Below the pieces are notes generated by a model. It was not told where the DNA came from. It saw only the letters and a program-made list of their open reading frames with translations, and made no database searches. From Laetmonice hystrix (lineage: Eukaryota): 64,000 bases of DNA. The stretch is taken from the NCBI GenBank assembly GCA_965235115.1, contig OZ249439.1, positions 23,994,001 to 24,058,000 of the forward strand, read 5' to 3'. The position numbers and the translations under genes are program-made. Positions 34,863 through 49,600 of the stretch are shown one piece after another (position 1 is the stretch's first letter; each line of letters begins with the position of its first letter).

Positions 34863-37800
34863 TTTCAATACTATACCACAACTACATCGACTAGGCTTAC
34901 GTTGGCCGCAGATGTCTCATTCTCTGCAGCCAGGTTACGACATCGTTCTCAATCACGTCAATACGGCTATTTAGGGTTGTCACTATTCAGTCAATAAAAA
35001 TGATTGATGTTTTAACAAATTGTTAGGTACATGTTTGGTTTATAAAAAAAGTATTCGGGGCCCTGTACTTTTCATCAGCCCTGTACTTCTACATGTATTT
35101 CTCACCCGTGCGCTATATCTTGAATTGTGTAGTGAATTGATGCCCTGTAGCAAAAACACGATCTTATTTTAGAGCACAGTGTCAAATGTCTTTCTCGTCC
35201 AATTAAGATGTAAAATTTGTTATTGGCCTATCAAATTGGCAACGTGGGAGGAGTAACTGAGCCTGTTATCTCCCGACCGAGCCACGGCGGCACACTGCTT
35301 TTAAGAAAGAAACTAAACACGCGTTATATCCCGCATACCACTTTCCTACTCTCTCCATTTTTTGCTTTTTGTCTTAAATTTAACACCAACGAGAAGATTC
35401 ACGCTTGCCCACACCCAGCAAGGCCATTTCAGTAGCTTGCTAAGCGTCAGTATTGGCTTATTTCATAGAAGAATAGTTGATGTTTCGTGCCGTGCATGTG
35501 GCCAGGCGAAAATTAAAGGGTTCCAGACTCTTTTTCCGCCTGATCCCCGATCTCTGAAAAGCTGTTATCGGCATTTGACGATCGGTCGTTCATCACGTTT
35601 TGTATTAACCTTCAGAGACCTTTGCCCGCGCAACGGGGCAACATTCACGAATTGAAAGAACCGGTAGACGCCTGAACGGAGCCTTTATTGCGACGGCGAC
35701 GGCTACACTGATCCTCTGGCGTGGACATATACACATTGCACAGCAAAACCCCGTGTGCTCGATGGCAAATTACTATCTGTCGACACCTTGGTTAATTTCA
35801 TTACATGGGAGTCTGCGTTCGGCTATAGAAAGTACAAACAGACGACGTAGCCCGCCATGCTTGGGTGGAGATGATTACTTTTAAAGAGACATCATGCATA
35901 AGGCTGCAGCAAAGGAAAAGAGGGGGAAGAAGCGGCGTAAGTGTCATATTCTTTATCCAACCAGCGTTGTTTCTATTATTAGAATGCTTGGAGACATTGC
36001 TACAGTTTGATTTTATCAGTGTCATGGTTATCCCTCGGCAAGCCTCACGTGGTGAATGCTGTGAAGATTCAGTGAGAAATCGGCCTGTAGGTGTCGCTCC
36101 GTCGCCACGCGCAGCCGAAGACGTTGGGGCCAGTATGTCTCGGCCGAGTTCGTGACACATATTACATGCATTAATTGCGATAACTTTCATACATATTTCA
36201 AAAAGGCGTGACAGAATAACTAATGCTCGCTCCAATATGTTCTGCCTCAATTGTAATCTGTTAAACATTTATAAAAAATTATCCCTGTCCCCGGAAACAA
36301 ATGTATAGATCTATGCATTGTATTATCCGCAATATAAAACGTCCATTAATGGGAAATGTATCATGCGCATCTAATAAAATATAGCAACGCAAATTGTAGA
36401 TTTTTATTTACGAAATCAAAAGCTACGTTTTGTAAACGAGTCGTGAGACATACATCATACAATGGAAAGAAACGCAGTTCGCTTAGCGTGATAAATCATC
36501 GGAATGCTTGCTGTAAAATAAGGCCTTGAGGGAACGCGGCTGCCTTTAGAAGAAATGCCCCAGATATACGCTTAATTTCCGTTGGTGAGCACTGAGAGTA
36601 GCTACCGCCCAACCTTGTATAGCACCGGTTGAGAATGGATGGGTAGTTTGGGCTGGCTGTGATATGGCTCTTGTTTACTATGGTAACACGGAGTGGTTGG
36701 TCGGCCATCGGCGGCACATCACGGAGATATCACGCTGCCGGCGAGATTCTCCCGAGAATTCACTCTCGCGAGAGCTGTATCTAATACCTTCATTACGCCT
36801 TCTGTGTCCTTCTGACTTTAGTTATTATATTTCTCTCGCGAAAAGTTGTATAATATGTTGTATATTGTTGTAGGCCTATATATAATAAGAATTATGACTT
36901 CATTGTAGTGCCCTCTATTAGCAGCAAGATGTGGAATTAGCAGTTATACAAATCCTGATAGAGAACGACAGTAGAACATACATACTGCTCTAGGCTGAAA
37001 GAATAGAGAGACGCCAAAACAGTAGCGGGAATATTGGAGGTAGCTTCTTAGACATGTTCCACGTGAAACCCCTCCCAGTCTTTGAGACAATACCTATAGA
37101 AGACAGCCTTCATATAGTTATAAAGGAGCTGTACCTTGAAAGTTGCAGTGATAAATACCACTTGTGGACTGATTCTGGAAACTTACTTATCATATAACAA
37201 AACTATATCGGCCGGTTGCAAGAACATTTCGTGAAGTTAATCCCAAGAATGGCTTAACTTACTATCTAGCCTGGATTTAAGGTTGGGTATGTTTGGTAGT
37301 CCTGTTTAATGGAATTCTTTTGTGCTTGGCCAGCGAAATAAGGGTCAGTCTCCAAAAATGAGAAAAAGCTATAATATTCTGACTTTCTGGGAACTGAAAA
37401 TATGCGTTAATCCACAGATTGGGTTATTCTCGAGAATAAGTATGTCCTTGCAATCGGCCATATGTACCTTACTCTTGATTCCGTGGTCCCCTGAGGTTAG
37501 GGCTTTGTAACCATCATACCTTCAGGCGAGTTTTATCCCGAGTATACACTTTAGATGATACATTCAGTACCTCCTTTATCAAAAGAGATTTAGTTGTCTA
37601 CCCCTTTCTATATAGAGAGCCGGTATAATGTAGTATATGTGCCCCAACCTTTGTTCTTCACCTGTGTACTCAGGGAATTCAATGACACCCTATTATATTA
37701 TTGTGCCGCGGGGCCATTTTCTGATTGATGGATGATTTGGCCCATATGGGAGGACCGTCCTCTATGGAAGGACCGTTCCATTTGGGACGACCGTCCCATA

Positions 37801-40800
37801 CCTGCCTGGCCAGGCCAGGCCTGATGATAATGTGTTTTTCTGTAGTTGGATGGCCAATTGTTACAAGGTTATACACAGAATGCTACATGGTTTATCACGT
37901 GTATGTCTCCTTCTGTCCATCTAAACTGCGTCTTTTCTCCTGAAGTAAACTTTAATCTAGTAAAACACGGTATTATTCGGACTGTAATAACGTGGCGGCA
38001 CAAAATCGTTTCCAATATCTCCGGTATCTGGCGTGACAGGATTTTTTCGTGAGACGTTCGCGGAAGATTACAATAATCACCAGTTCCGGACATGGATAGA
38101 GGTACAATAATCTCGAGGCAGACAAAACGAAAACATTTGTCAATAAGTAGAGAAAAAGACAAAGAAGCCACACATTACATTGCCCTCAAGGTATGGTGTA
38201 GCTAATAACACGTCATGATATTGATTATTGTTTCTTATCAACATGTTCTTTATTCGGTACGGACGACTCCTGAGATTGCTTGTTTATCGCTCAATAATCT
38301 CGAGGCAGAAATAACCGTCATGTGTTGAATCTCCTCGTATAGAAGCCGAGGTGTACAAAGAGGCCGACAACTCCAAAGGTTGACAAGGGCCTAGGGGTGG
38401 CAGTTAATGAAGTTAGACTTAACGTTTCATACGACGATCTCTCTAGACCTTATATATTAATATCAAGGAAGGGAACGTTTTTACCCCCGGGCAGTATCCA
38501 AACCTTCTTCAGGACGAGAGGAAGACTTTTAAAACTTCAATAATTGGATTTATTTTATCCCTCGAGCCTCAAGAGTTGATGATGAGAATGAAATGAAATA
38601 GAAGCGCGCCATCGACAGGAAGACCCCTACTCTTTTGGAAAAAAATGGCAAGGGTTCTTCTATATACGCTCTGGGGCACAAACAAATACAAAGAGCAGTT
38701 GTAGAGCAGTGGGGAGAGTCAGTAAGAGGAATATTAGTGGAAGGTTTATTCTACGAACCGACACTCGAGAAATTCGATCTCACACCTGGACCCTTTCATC
38801 GCCTCTTACGAACAGCCAGGTTTTGGGCTGAGTATCATTCCTACCCTTAATCACAAATAGAAGCTTTCAGACCCAGCTAATCTGATTAAATCTAATATCG
38901 ATCGTGAGCCAAAATCTTCTAAAAATTAGATTTCAAACGACATCTACGCGTCCCATAAAATGAGTATTCGCTGTGTTTCAGTCAATCTATTACTTCAGTA
39001 AGTTAATTATCATTATGCCTCGGAAAGGTGTCTACGACAGACTTAATACCATCACGGTCCATGCATTAATTTTCGTACAAACGCGTTCATGATATCGTGT
39101 ATCAGAATAATTTGAAGCTTTTAAAAGCATTTTGCCGGCAAAATAAGATTGTCCCTATTATGCTCGTTACATACGCTTTCTACTCCCTGGAGAGTAGAAT
39201 AATGGAAATGGCTATTGCTTTGCACTAATGGGTGCATGTGTATTACATTTCTTTCGTTATAACAGCACCCAAGCTGTTCTTGGGAGCCTCATCCAGGAAT
39301 ACATTGCAATGATTTAAGACATTCTTAGGCTTACATGGTGCAGATCCAGCAAATATGATTTATAACAGAAATAGTCCATTACGTGACTCAGGTTTTACCA
39401 AATCTACATACGATTCCGGGAAGCATTGATTCCAACCTCCACTGACATTTCAATTGCATTGTCAAGACGAACCTGTTAGAGTTTCAGGTATTGTTTCGCC
39501 AAGATAATGAACTTATTGTTTGAGGAAACATAAATATTTGATGTGACGGATCTGGAGGGTGAGCTGTGTTAATTACCTACAGGGGTGTTAATGACAGTAA
39601 TTAGTGGCATGTGACAGTAATACATCATTTTTTCCATTGCCCCGTGTGAAAAACAAAGTGTTTGGTGTTAGGCAACCCCTGGACGACCACAAATAAGGAA
39701 GTTGATTTATTTAATACGTCCCTGGGCTACTACTCCCCCACAACATCCTCACGTCATTCAGGACACTCCTTCCCATGTCCTGGGGATGCGGGGGGGGGGG
39801 GTCCATGACCTATTTTGTTAGAAGTGCAGATCAAAAGAAGTGTGATTTCTTCTCCTCATATACAGAAACGTTGGTTCGGTAACACGTTTTTTTTTGTGTT
39901 TTTTTTTTTTTGGGGGGGGGGGGGGTCCATGCAACCAGATAGTGGTCGATTGCTGTTGGATACATGAGGAAATCCTCATACCAAAAAAACTTAGTCTCTG
40001 ATGTGCAATGTCTTTAAAAATGTGAAAAATTCACAAGTAAAACTACACCTCACGCCAAACAACGGCAAACAACGATCAACGGGCGACACTGTCCACCACC
40101 AAATTTGATTTTTTTAAACAAAAAAAAACTGACCAGGGAGATTCTGATGATGCGCGCGGGGACAAGAATCGATACACCTTTTTTTGGCCTGATGCCGAAT
40201 ATTTTGCGAAGTCTACTTACCACACTTCAGCCTGCACATGAGCCGCGAGCTCTGTGTCTTCGTGTGACCAATGAGTATGGCCAGAACGAGACACGTGACC
40301 AACACCTTAGTCATTGTGCATCTACCTCATTCCCTTCTCTGCGAAAGCGCCATGTGCTGGTTCATCTGCAAATATAGAAAGATGGCGTCATGTACAATGG
40401 AGAAGCTCATCGTATAACAAAATGGAGATCCTGCGGGGGCAACGCCATGCTCCAATCTATTGACCTGATTGGGATGTACTTATGACAGCGAACCCTTCCA
40501 AACACAAAAAGGTTTCTTGCTTTATTCAAACGGGTCTTTGCATCCTGGAAATGACTCTATGATGATGAAGTGCAGGCATTTTCGTTGCATATGGAAAGGT
40601 ATGACCTTCAAATTGATCATGAAGTGCATTTTGGTATAAAAAGGTCAACCTGCACATCAGGCCCTAGCTCATCCTCCAGCAGCCAGACCCAATGCCGTGA
40701 TATATGGTCCTTCATTTCCTACGAGGTAGTTGGATAACGGCCGCAGGGACGGAAAGCTGGCAGGCGTGTGTGTCCGTCTATGTATAATTGCCCCTGGTGA

Positions 40801-41949
40801 TAAAGGCCTACTGGCAAAGACGGTCCCAAGATGTTTGTTAAGTGTAGCAGCATCCACTGCTAATTCTCCCCAGGTCCGAATCTCTCCGAGCCAGTCGCCT
40901 CTAGAGATGGCAGTTTTTCTTGGTTTCTGCAGTGATGCGGTGCGACTCGGGGGAAGTCTAAACGACGCCTGACAAACTCAGTCCACAGCACCTGGCCACT
41001 GATAATCAGTTCATGTAGACTAAAACTGACCCTACCGAAATCTCCGGGTATAAGTTCGAGCGAACTCCATCAGGAATTTTGTCAGTTCAAATAAATGACA
41101 CCACAATATTCTCGCGGGGTTTCGATTTCCTTTCCGAAACTCAGGCCCTCCTCCTGGCCTAGATATAAATTTATATATGTCCGTGTGTGCGCATTGCTGG
41201 AGGTCGCCCTCTGTATATATTGGAAACGGATGGCCTGTGATACGGCCGACTATATAAGGATTGCAATATTGCCGTTCGATGTCCGGTCTCATCCAGCCAG
41301 GGCGATCCTGGGGTATGAAGACACTTGTCAATATTCGTGCCCTTCGTCCCTGCCCTTCATAAGACCGTAATGACTGTAGCGCACGCCGCTAGCAATCCCA
41401 ATACGACGACCACCACCACCACCACCACCAACACGAGTCCGGCAAATGGAATTGTCGCCGTATATAACCAAACCAAGGCGAAATGACGTGAAGGTACGCC
41501 TCAGCAGAACGTCATATTTCCGGCTCGGTGACGCTCCACCAAGTGCCTCATGAAGTCGGCGCGGATGACTTCGAGCTTATATTGGGCGTCGTAATCAGAT
41601 GGAATTTATGGAATGTGATACTGGAGCGGGGACACGTGTGATATGCTAGGTGTGATCGAAGGCTGTCAATATGACACGCTGTTTGGCAGCCACTGTAACT
41701 CGACGTGTCGCTCGCCGCTGGCGCTGTTCTACGGAGAATTGAATAAACATGACCTTGTAAGAATATGAGAGCACAATAAAACTGCCATGAAATATAGAGC
41801 GTGCGGGCATTATTTAGACTATAGCTGTCAGAGGCGGGGGATGTTCCCATGCTGATACAATCTTTAATTAAAACGCTACAGTATTTGGGTAAATGCATCG
41901 AACGTCACTTCATACATTTCCCAACTTACCGCTTCATCGTCGCACGGTA

Positions 41950-42845
41950 CTGATGTGAGCACCACATCGTAGGAACCCTGAGGCAGAGATGTAAATACCA
42001 CATCATAGAAACACCCGAGGTAAAGATGTGAGAACCGCACCATAGGAAATCCCAAGGTATGCATCTCACTATAGGAAACCCCAAGGTATGCATCTCACCA
42101 TAGGAAACCCCAAGGTATGCATGCATCTCACCACAGGAAACCCCAAGGTATGCATCTCACCACAGAAAACCCCAAGGTATGCATCTCACCATAGGCAACC
42201 CCAAGGTATGCATCTCACCATAGGCAACCACAAGGTATGCATCTCACCATAGGAAATCCCAAGGTATGCATCTCACCACAGGAAACCCCAAGGTATGCAT
42301 CTCACCATAGGAAATCCCAAGGTATGCATCTCACCACAGGAAACCCCAAGGTATGCATCTCACCATAGGAACCCCCAATGTATGCATCTCACCACAGGAA
42401 ACCCCAAGGTATGCATCTCACCATAGGAACCCCCAATGTATGCATCTCACCACAGTAAACCCCAAGGTATGCATCTCACCATAGGAAACCCCAAGGTATG
42501 CATCTCACCATAGGCAACCACAAGGTATGCATCTCACCATAGGCAACCACAAGGTATGCATCTCACCACAGGAAACCCCAAGGTATGCATCTCACCATAG
42601 GCAACCACAAGGTATGCATCTCACCATAGGAAACCCCAAGGTATGCATCTCACCATAGGAAACCCCAAGGTATGCATCTCACCCCAGGAAACCCCAAGGT
42701 ATGCATCTCACCAGAAACCCAGAGGTGAAGATATGAGCCCCATTGAAACCCCCTTGGTAGAGATGTGAGCACCACTTCAGGGGAACCCCCTAGGTTGGGA
42801 AGTGAGCATCACACCATAGGAAACCTCGAGATACAAATGTGCACC
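41950..42845. repeat. Minisatellite, 29-bp unit (about 23 homogeneous copies at ~42040-42715) with degenerate flanking copies
   Basis: Unit GCATCTCACCATAGGAAACCCCAAGGTAT. Diverged related units on both flanks (e.g. gatgtgagcaccac...ggaaccc). Confidence 0.95.
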
Positions 42846-44002
42846 GTTTAGGGCGTCGAGCAGTCCCCAAACCATCGGTCGGGACTCAGATGAGGGTCGC
42901 GGGGAGGTCTCAGAGGAAATGAAATCGCCAATTAATACTACCCAATATTTTGGATTACCATGTAGGAAAGAGATTATGATTTAAGGTCGCGATAAAAAAA
43001 AGGGCCATGAACCACTGCTGTAGGGTTTACACAAGGCATGTCATCTTTTATTTCAATATGCCGTATATGTAACGTACGTGGCAAAGAGGGCAGACAAAAA
43101 TAGCACCATCCCATCTCATGTACAGCTTCTTATCAGCTTTACGGTGCGACGAGCAGGAGTCTCATCAATTACTTACATCCAAGGGCAAGGTGAAGATCAA
43201 GAAAATATGTTTTATATAGGAGTAATCAGGCTACTTTATCTAAATCAGTGTCTCTCACGTTCTATCTATCAGGGTATGATTCTGCTGTGATAAGTATAAG
43301 AAATTCCCACGGTGCCCTGATTGCTGCCCCGATTGCAGCCAGTAGTACGAGCCTGCTTATGATGCCTAGGAGCACCTTTTATTATACAACAGATCCCCAA
43401 TTTACATTCCTACTGGGACTGTTCCACACGCAAAACACGCAGGCCTGGGGGGTTTCTTCATCCGCCTGGGGTAAAAAAGAAAATGGGCATCGGATTCTTG
43501 AACAGCAAAAGTATTAGCGGCATGGTGCCCGTGATGCATGGGGGTGGGGGTGGGGGGGGGTGATTTATCTGTAATGGATAGGTGTGGTTGTCCTCCGTGA
43601 AGTGTCGGGCTGTATGGGCCGGGGACCGAGGTCGGGGCCAGACGGTGGCCCTGGAGGCAGAGCTGAGGGCAGACCGGCGGGAGGCAGCGGATCGGTCTCT
43701 GTCCCGCTGCCCCGTGGCGTCTCGCGTCACTGCCTGCCCTGACCTTGAAATAGTCACACCTCTCCGGGCCAAACCCCCTGACTGGGGGGTAGGGGTCAGT
43801 CGGCCCTAGCCGCCCTCCTAACACCTACCTAATCAATTAACCCACTTGTGCAGCCAGCCTGGAAACAGACCTGCTATTTTCTTAATGGCTACGCCCCTGC
43901 TAGGCGTTATCTCAGAGGCAGATCTAGGTACCACGTCACTGACATATTGTAAAACAAAAAATGGCCAAGACAAAATCCGTGTGTGTAGAAAAACGCAGTC
44001 TT

Positions 44003-44203
44003 AAGCTGTATCCTCACTGGACGCGAGCGACGCGAGCGACGCGCGCGTTTTTTTAAAGAAGTAATGGAAATGAATGGAGCGCGTCACAAAAAATGTCGCG
44101 CGCGTCGCACGCGGCCAGTGCAGATGGCTGCATTCATTTCCATTACTTCTAAAATAAACGTGCGCGTCGCTCGCGTCGCACGCGTCCAGTGAGGATACAG
44201 CTT
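44003..44203. mobile_element. Foldback MITE-like element, about 200 bp
   Basis: Perfect 23-bp terminal inverted repeat AAGCTGTATCCTCACTGGACGCG / CGCGTCCAGTGAGGATACAGCTT. Complementarity continues to about 75 bp per arm (gaagtaatggaaatgaatg / cattcatttccattacttc). Confidence 0.85.
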
Positions 44204-46219
44204 TACAATCCTTTACTGTTCCTTCCTTCACAACCAAAATGCTGTGCAAACGTCTGTACAGTTTCTCTTTTTCATAGTACAGTTTTAAGTGCAAACCTTT
44301 TCCTTTTTCTAATCCCCTAGCCACCACGGCAAGCCTTTCAGAACAGTGGGGGCGATTTATTTTAGTGAATGCAGAACGAAGCAAAACCAGGCGCTACGAA
44401 GGGCCCATCCCGCTCGTCACTCACAGAATTTCTGACGTATCTTTGCAAAGGGCCCAACGAGAACGCATAGGAAACCTGTATTTACGTCAAATTGCCAGTT
44501 GAAATCCTCTCCCTCCCTGGATGAAAATCTGACCCCCGGTCGTCTACTTAATCCGAATTAACGTTATGCAGGGACATTCCTCCAATGATGGCTATGGTTT
44601 CACAAATGTCCAAAATTTGGGGTCGCATTACAACGATTGGGCCCGACAGCCAGCCCCCTCCCCTCCCGCCTCCCCAGGGGGAGGCAGCATCTCAGTGCGC
44701 TATCAGGTTAAATGCCGGCCTGGAGAATATCTCGGCGAGTCTGTGGCTTTCGGTGTCTATTTGTTTCCCGTGTGTGTGGTCTCCAGGTGACACTGCCTCC
44801 AATATTTCCGGATCAGTCTCCTCCCACGTTCCATCGACCGGTACCCCGAGCGCTGACATGTTATCTTGCCGGCAGTTGGCCTGCCGCCATGCGCATGCGT
44901 CATTGCACGATCGACATTGTCGCCCGTATACAGAGGGTTATTAAGCTCATTTTTAAAACGCGCCTTGTCGGCTTTCTGGCGTTCACGTTTGATTAGGTGG
45001 CTGAGTGACACCCCGGCTGGGTAGATAAGTCTTGGCTATCTCCGTTAAGGGGTCGGTGGGTATCAGACAGCAAGCAGTCAGACTCAGTTGGCTGCTAGAA
45101 ACCGAATATAAACTGAGCACCTCAACCAGTTACGTATCGCATTGTGTGGTGCCTAAAGCAGGTGGTCCTCTATAGCGGATGCCTGACATTGCATTTAGTC
45201 GACACCAGACATGAGCGGCTCTACCTACCAGCTTTTTATGACACTAACCAAACCTAATCAACAGGTATTTACCACAGTCAAACAAAAGAGAGCGCAATTC
45301 TAAGGACTTGATCAACAGGACATGTAATATCGTTCTCTTGGTCTCCAATATGTTATGGAACCTTGGGTAGCATTTCGTGTATTCTATCGATCAGGTTGCA
45401 TGGCGATGAACTAGAAGGCTGGTGTATTATTCGTTTCTCAGATACAAGGGACTATTGTAGGAAACAAGATCGCTTAGCCTTCTAATGATTGGTTATATAT
45501 GCGGTTGGCTTGGGGGTATAAGCAGGCATGTATAGGAGGTAGGCCTATTGTAAGGGTTCATACCAACATTCACCAATGTGTGTGTACTAGTATACACTAT
45601 TAGAGCATTCTCCTCTTTGTCCCGTTACTTGACAAATCCTGCTGCCATATTTCTTACCTAAAACATCTTTAGCAATGCAGTCAGCTCCTCTAATTAATAT
45701 GAGCAACCCTCATCCATTAGCCATACGGTTTACTTCCCCTGAGCGTACTCCAGCTATCAATCCTAATGTCCATCTTTCCAGAAGAAGACGTTGGTAGGAA
45801 GTCTGCAGTAGTCATACTTTTTTCCAGCCCCTTGCATTACTGATAGACCCAGGTATTTATCATTGGTGTTCTGTTGCCATCTTTGGAGGATTATTCCAAG
45901 ATACGCTAATCTTACCATAAATTATTCTCAGTGCCGCGATAATCGTATTGTAAGTCTAAGGATATCGGGGTGTCCTCCCTTTAATGTATCAATTATACAA
46001 TTGTGAAGTACAGAAACAAAAAAATATCAAGAGGCATTTTAGTAAACTTTGTGGATACGTTGATGTCTAGGAGGTTCAGCTTTGTATGGTCATTTACCAA
46101 AATATTTTTAGTTTCCACGTTTTTCTTTTGTGTTTTTTTTTTTAAATTACATTATTTACCCTGGCAGTGGATCAGACAGCGCCTGTTCTTCCCCGTGCTA
46201 TCTTATACCTATTATAATA

Positions 46220-46690
46220 GCCACTCTATTTGCCAAACAACCTGATCATGTGGACCTTTTCCATATACTACTTAGAGCCATTCTATTTGCCAAACAACCT
46301 GATTATGTGGTCCTTTTCCATATACTACTCAGAGCCATTCTATTTGCCAAACAACCTGATTATGTGGACCTTTTCCATATACTACTCAGAGCCATTCTAT
46401 TTGCCAAACAACCTGATCATGTGGTCCTTTTCCATATACTACTCAGAGCCACTCTATTTGCCAAACAACCTGATCATGTGGACCTTTTCCATATACTACT
46501 CAGAGCCACTCTATTTGCCAAACAACCTGATCATGTGGACCTTTTCCATATACTACTCAGAGCCATTCTATTTGCCAAATAACCTGATCATGTGGACCTT
46601 TCCATATACTACTCAGAGCCATTCTTTTTCCCAAACAACCTGATTATGTGGACCTTTTCCATATACTACTCAGAACCATTCTATTTGCAA
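46220..46690. repeat. Minisatellite, 57-bp unit, about 8 copies
   Basis: Unit GCCA(C/T)TCTATTTGCCAAACAACCTGATCATGTGGACCTTTTCCATATACTACTCAGA. Confidence 0.97.
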
Positions 46691-49600
46691 AAAGCATCAT
46701 ATCTCTGATTTATGCATTCATAAAGAGGCCTGTAAAATGGTCCTTTGCCTTACAAGGCCGCCATCTTGGTTTCGCCGTGAGTTACCTCCCCCCCCCCCGG
46801 AACCGTTCGCCTCTGGTATGAAACGTTTGCGGTGAACGTATCGTTCAATAGGCAAACAGTCAAAACGTTCATGATCGGTTTGTTTATTGAACGTGCCTCA
46901 ACACATTCGCTTCCGACGAAATCAGCCAAACAAGAAAAAATGCGATTTTCCCCCCAGACCCCCAAGGAGGACTGGGGGGCGGATGACATTGCCGATGATA
47001 ATTATTGTGGTGAAGGAAATATAGAAATATAAGAACACTCCCAGCCACTTCACACGAGATATCACTCTGTGGTTTTTAGTTTGTATAATGACCTTCCCAT
47101 TCAAATCTTGATTTATGCTTTTCATTTAAGCATCCAATCTCAAACCTTAATCCAGGCTTTGAATCTTAAGTGATAACTTAAAGGCGGGGGTAGGGTCGCA
47201 TGCACCCCCCCCCCGCCACCCCCACCCCCGGCCACCGAGGGAATCATGATGGGAATAATTGAACGATCCTCACCACAAAGTGGATCAAGTTGGAAGTTGA
47301 CTTGATACTCTTATCCTTACACACAGAAACTATTGTCAGATGACAAGGAGCTGGTCGTTTTCATTTTTTTCACATTTTAAACAACAATACCGCCACTGCA
47401 AACGCAGATCACGAACAAGACTCCCGTATAATTGCTGTACAGTGATATCCACACATTAATCCGTATTTGAACGTGACACGCTCCAGTCTCAATGTAGAAA
47501 GTAATGAGTTTATTCAAGGCTGGTAACTAACGCGTGATAAATGAGGAAGATTATTCTTTACGGGGAATAAGGATATTCTATCTTCATTGCTAAATTCTGT
47601 ATTTCACTATCGCCTTGTCGGTGTCAGAACTTACGAGGCAAAGAGGCAATGGCTTTCTATTCTTACATATAGTCCTAGCCACTTGTATTTAAAGCAACAA
47701 AATCACCGTTGATTTGGGTAGAGGCATCAGCACCCTAGGAATCACGTGTGTATGGCATACCAACACTTTGTCAAGTGAAATGTTGCCATATTATGCCAGC
47801 TTATTCAACTACCTGGATCACCGCTCAAGTCTCCTCAGACCTTGTTTACATCCCCATTTCCTACCATTCTTAAAGTATCGCTGACTTCTACATCATCGAT
47901 CACGTGATGGGGATTCCTTGATGGGTCACCGCCATTGGCTGTTCAAGTCCATGACATGTCAACTATTTTGTCAACAACCAGCCATAAGACGATCGCTTCA
48001 TAGCGACAACAGGCAACTGGAATGTTGAATTTCATGAGCTTTCTGCATTTCTACGGGTATACATTTATTACTTTATGCAGTCTAAGGCCTTATCTAACCT
48101 ACAGCCCACGTCTTCCCTTTTGGAGTCATTGAAATAAGAGATAGTCGTGGGTTAGTTTAATATCACGTGCAAAGCTTCATCCTTTGATACACTATGGTAA
48201 ATCTAATCATAATAATTTCCACGCATAGCAAACGTTCCGTTGCTTTCTACATGAAACATTACGTTCCGTAGGTGTATGGACGTCTAGATCACCATCGAGC
48301 GCCTTCCATTTCCTCACATATAACACTTTAAAGCTTGCTTGAGTTTCTTCCTGTCGAACTGTAATGGTACCGGCAGTCATTAGTTAACGCTACCCTGCAG
48401 TTAAGTCACATTACGTGACAAACTGCATTAGCGTTTCACTATCGTGTCGTCAAGATAAAGACTCAACTCCGGAAATGGCACATCTGTCAAATTCCCACTT
48501 GATACAAAATACAGGGATTGAGCGCCTCGTAAGCCGGCGAGTAGCCCCGACACTGAGTCGGGTCCCTGCCTTAGTGTCAGGGATGTATCACTGATCTGGC
48601 CGCTTGCCGGAAGTGACCTTCGACCCAACGCTGCCGTTTCTTCAAATGAGAAAATATTATCCAACCGAATCATAATGGCGTTTGCTGAAACGTTTTCCCT
48701 TCACGAATCTCTCCGGCAAACCTAATTATGGGTTCTCGTCATTGGATGTAGTCATGTTATTTTAGCCATGATTAGGACTTTTACAACCTGGCTAGCACGT
48801 AGGCGTTCAATAAAGTATAGCACCAGCCAGAGGACGTCTATATTAGACGTGTTTGCGTCAACACAATATACTATGGAGTGTGCAGATTGGCTCTATGAGC
48901 TTCAGTGGACAAGAACGCCATGGCCATGCTCTGCTTGGAAGTAGGCCAACGTATCTGCCGTTATAAAGATAGATGGACATCTACAACTCATTTGTAAAGT
49001 TGTTATTCGGGGACTGTACAATTTCTTTCATCTCCGCGTTTCCTAACTTGCAACTGGAGGCCAGTTTATGGGATACGTTGACCTTTGGCTCGCCAGAAGG
49101 GACACAATCTTCTGAGGCCTTGGTGTCTCGCCGTCGCTAACTTTTTAGAAAGGTCACTACCGACAGGGACAGGAAACTGAGACCTAATCTGGGTGGGGAA
49201 TAGGCTCCGTCGGTGTGACTGAAGAGGCGCCACAAGGGACCGCATCTTCCTCGCCACATTTGGTGCGTAGTAATCGCATTGGTAATAATGCCTAAAGCGA
49301 GAACCTTGGTCCAATGGATAGTGTTGGTATTTGAGAGAATATGGGATCAATGTACCCTAAATGGTTTCTCATGCTGTCAATTCAACGGCGGCCTGCAGCA
49401 AAAGAACCGTCGCCTGTCATTGGAAAGTCGGTGCCGCTATGCACCCTCTGCAGGGGTTCGCTGGTGGGTAAAGAACCTTGGTCTTGGTCAGGAGGATCTG
49501 GAAGTAATCAATAGATTCAGGAGGGGAGAAGAGGGTAGCACTCCACAAGCCAGACAGACAAAGCGGGTGAGAAGAGCAGGTCGATTGCTTAGAGGCCCGC

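Noticed and set aside
35801-35947. MTLTPLLPPLFLCCSL... as the signal peptide exon
   Set aside because: Hydrophobicity comes from a pyrimidine tract that looks like a 3' splice site. The best donor (AAA|gtaatc) is phase 0, not the required phase 1.
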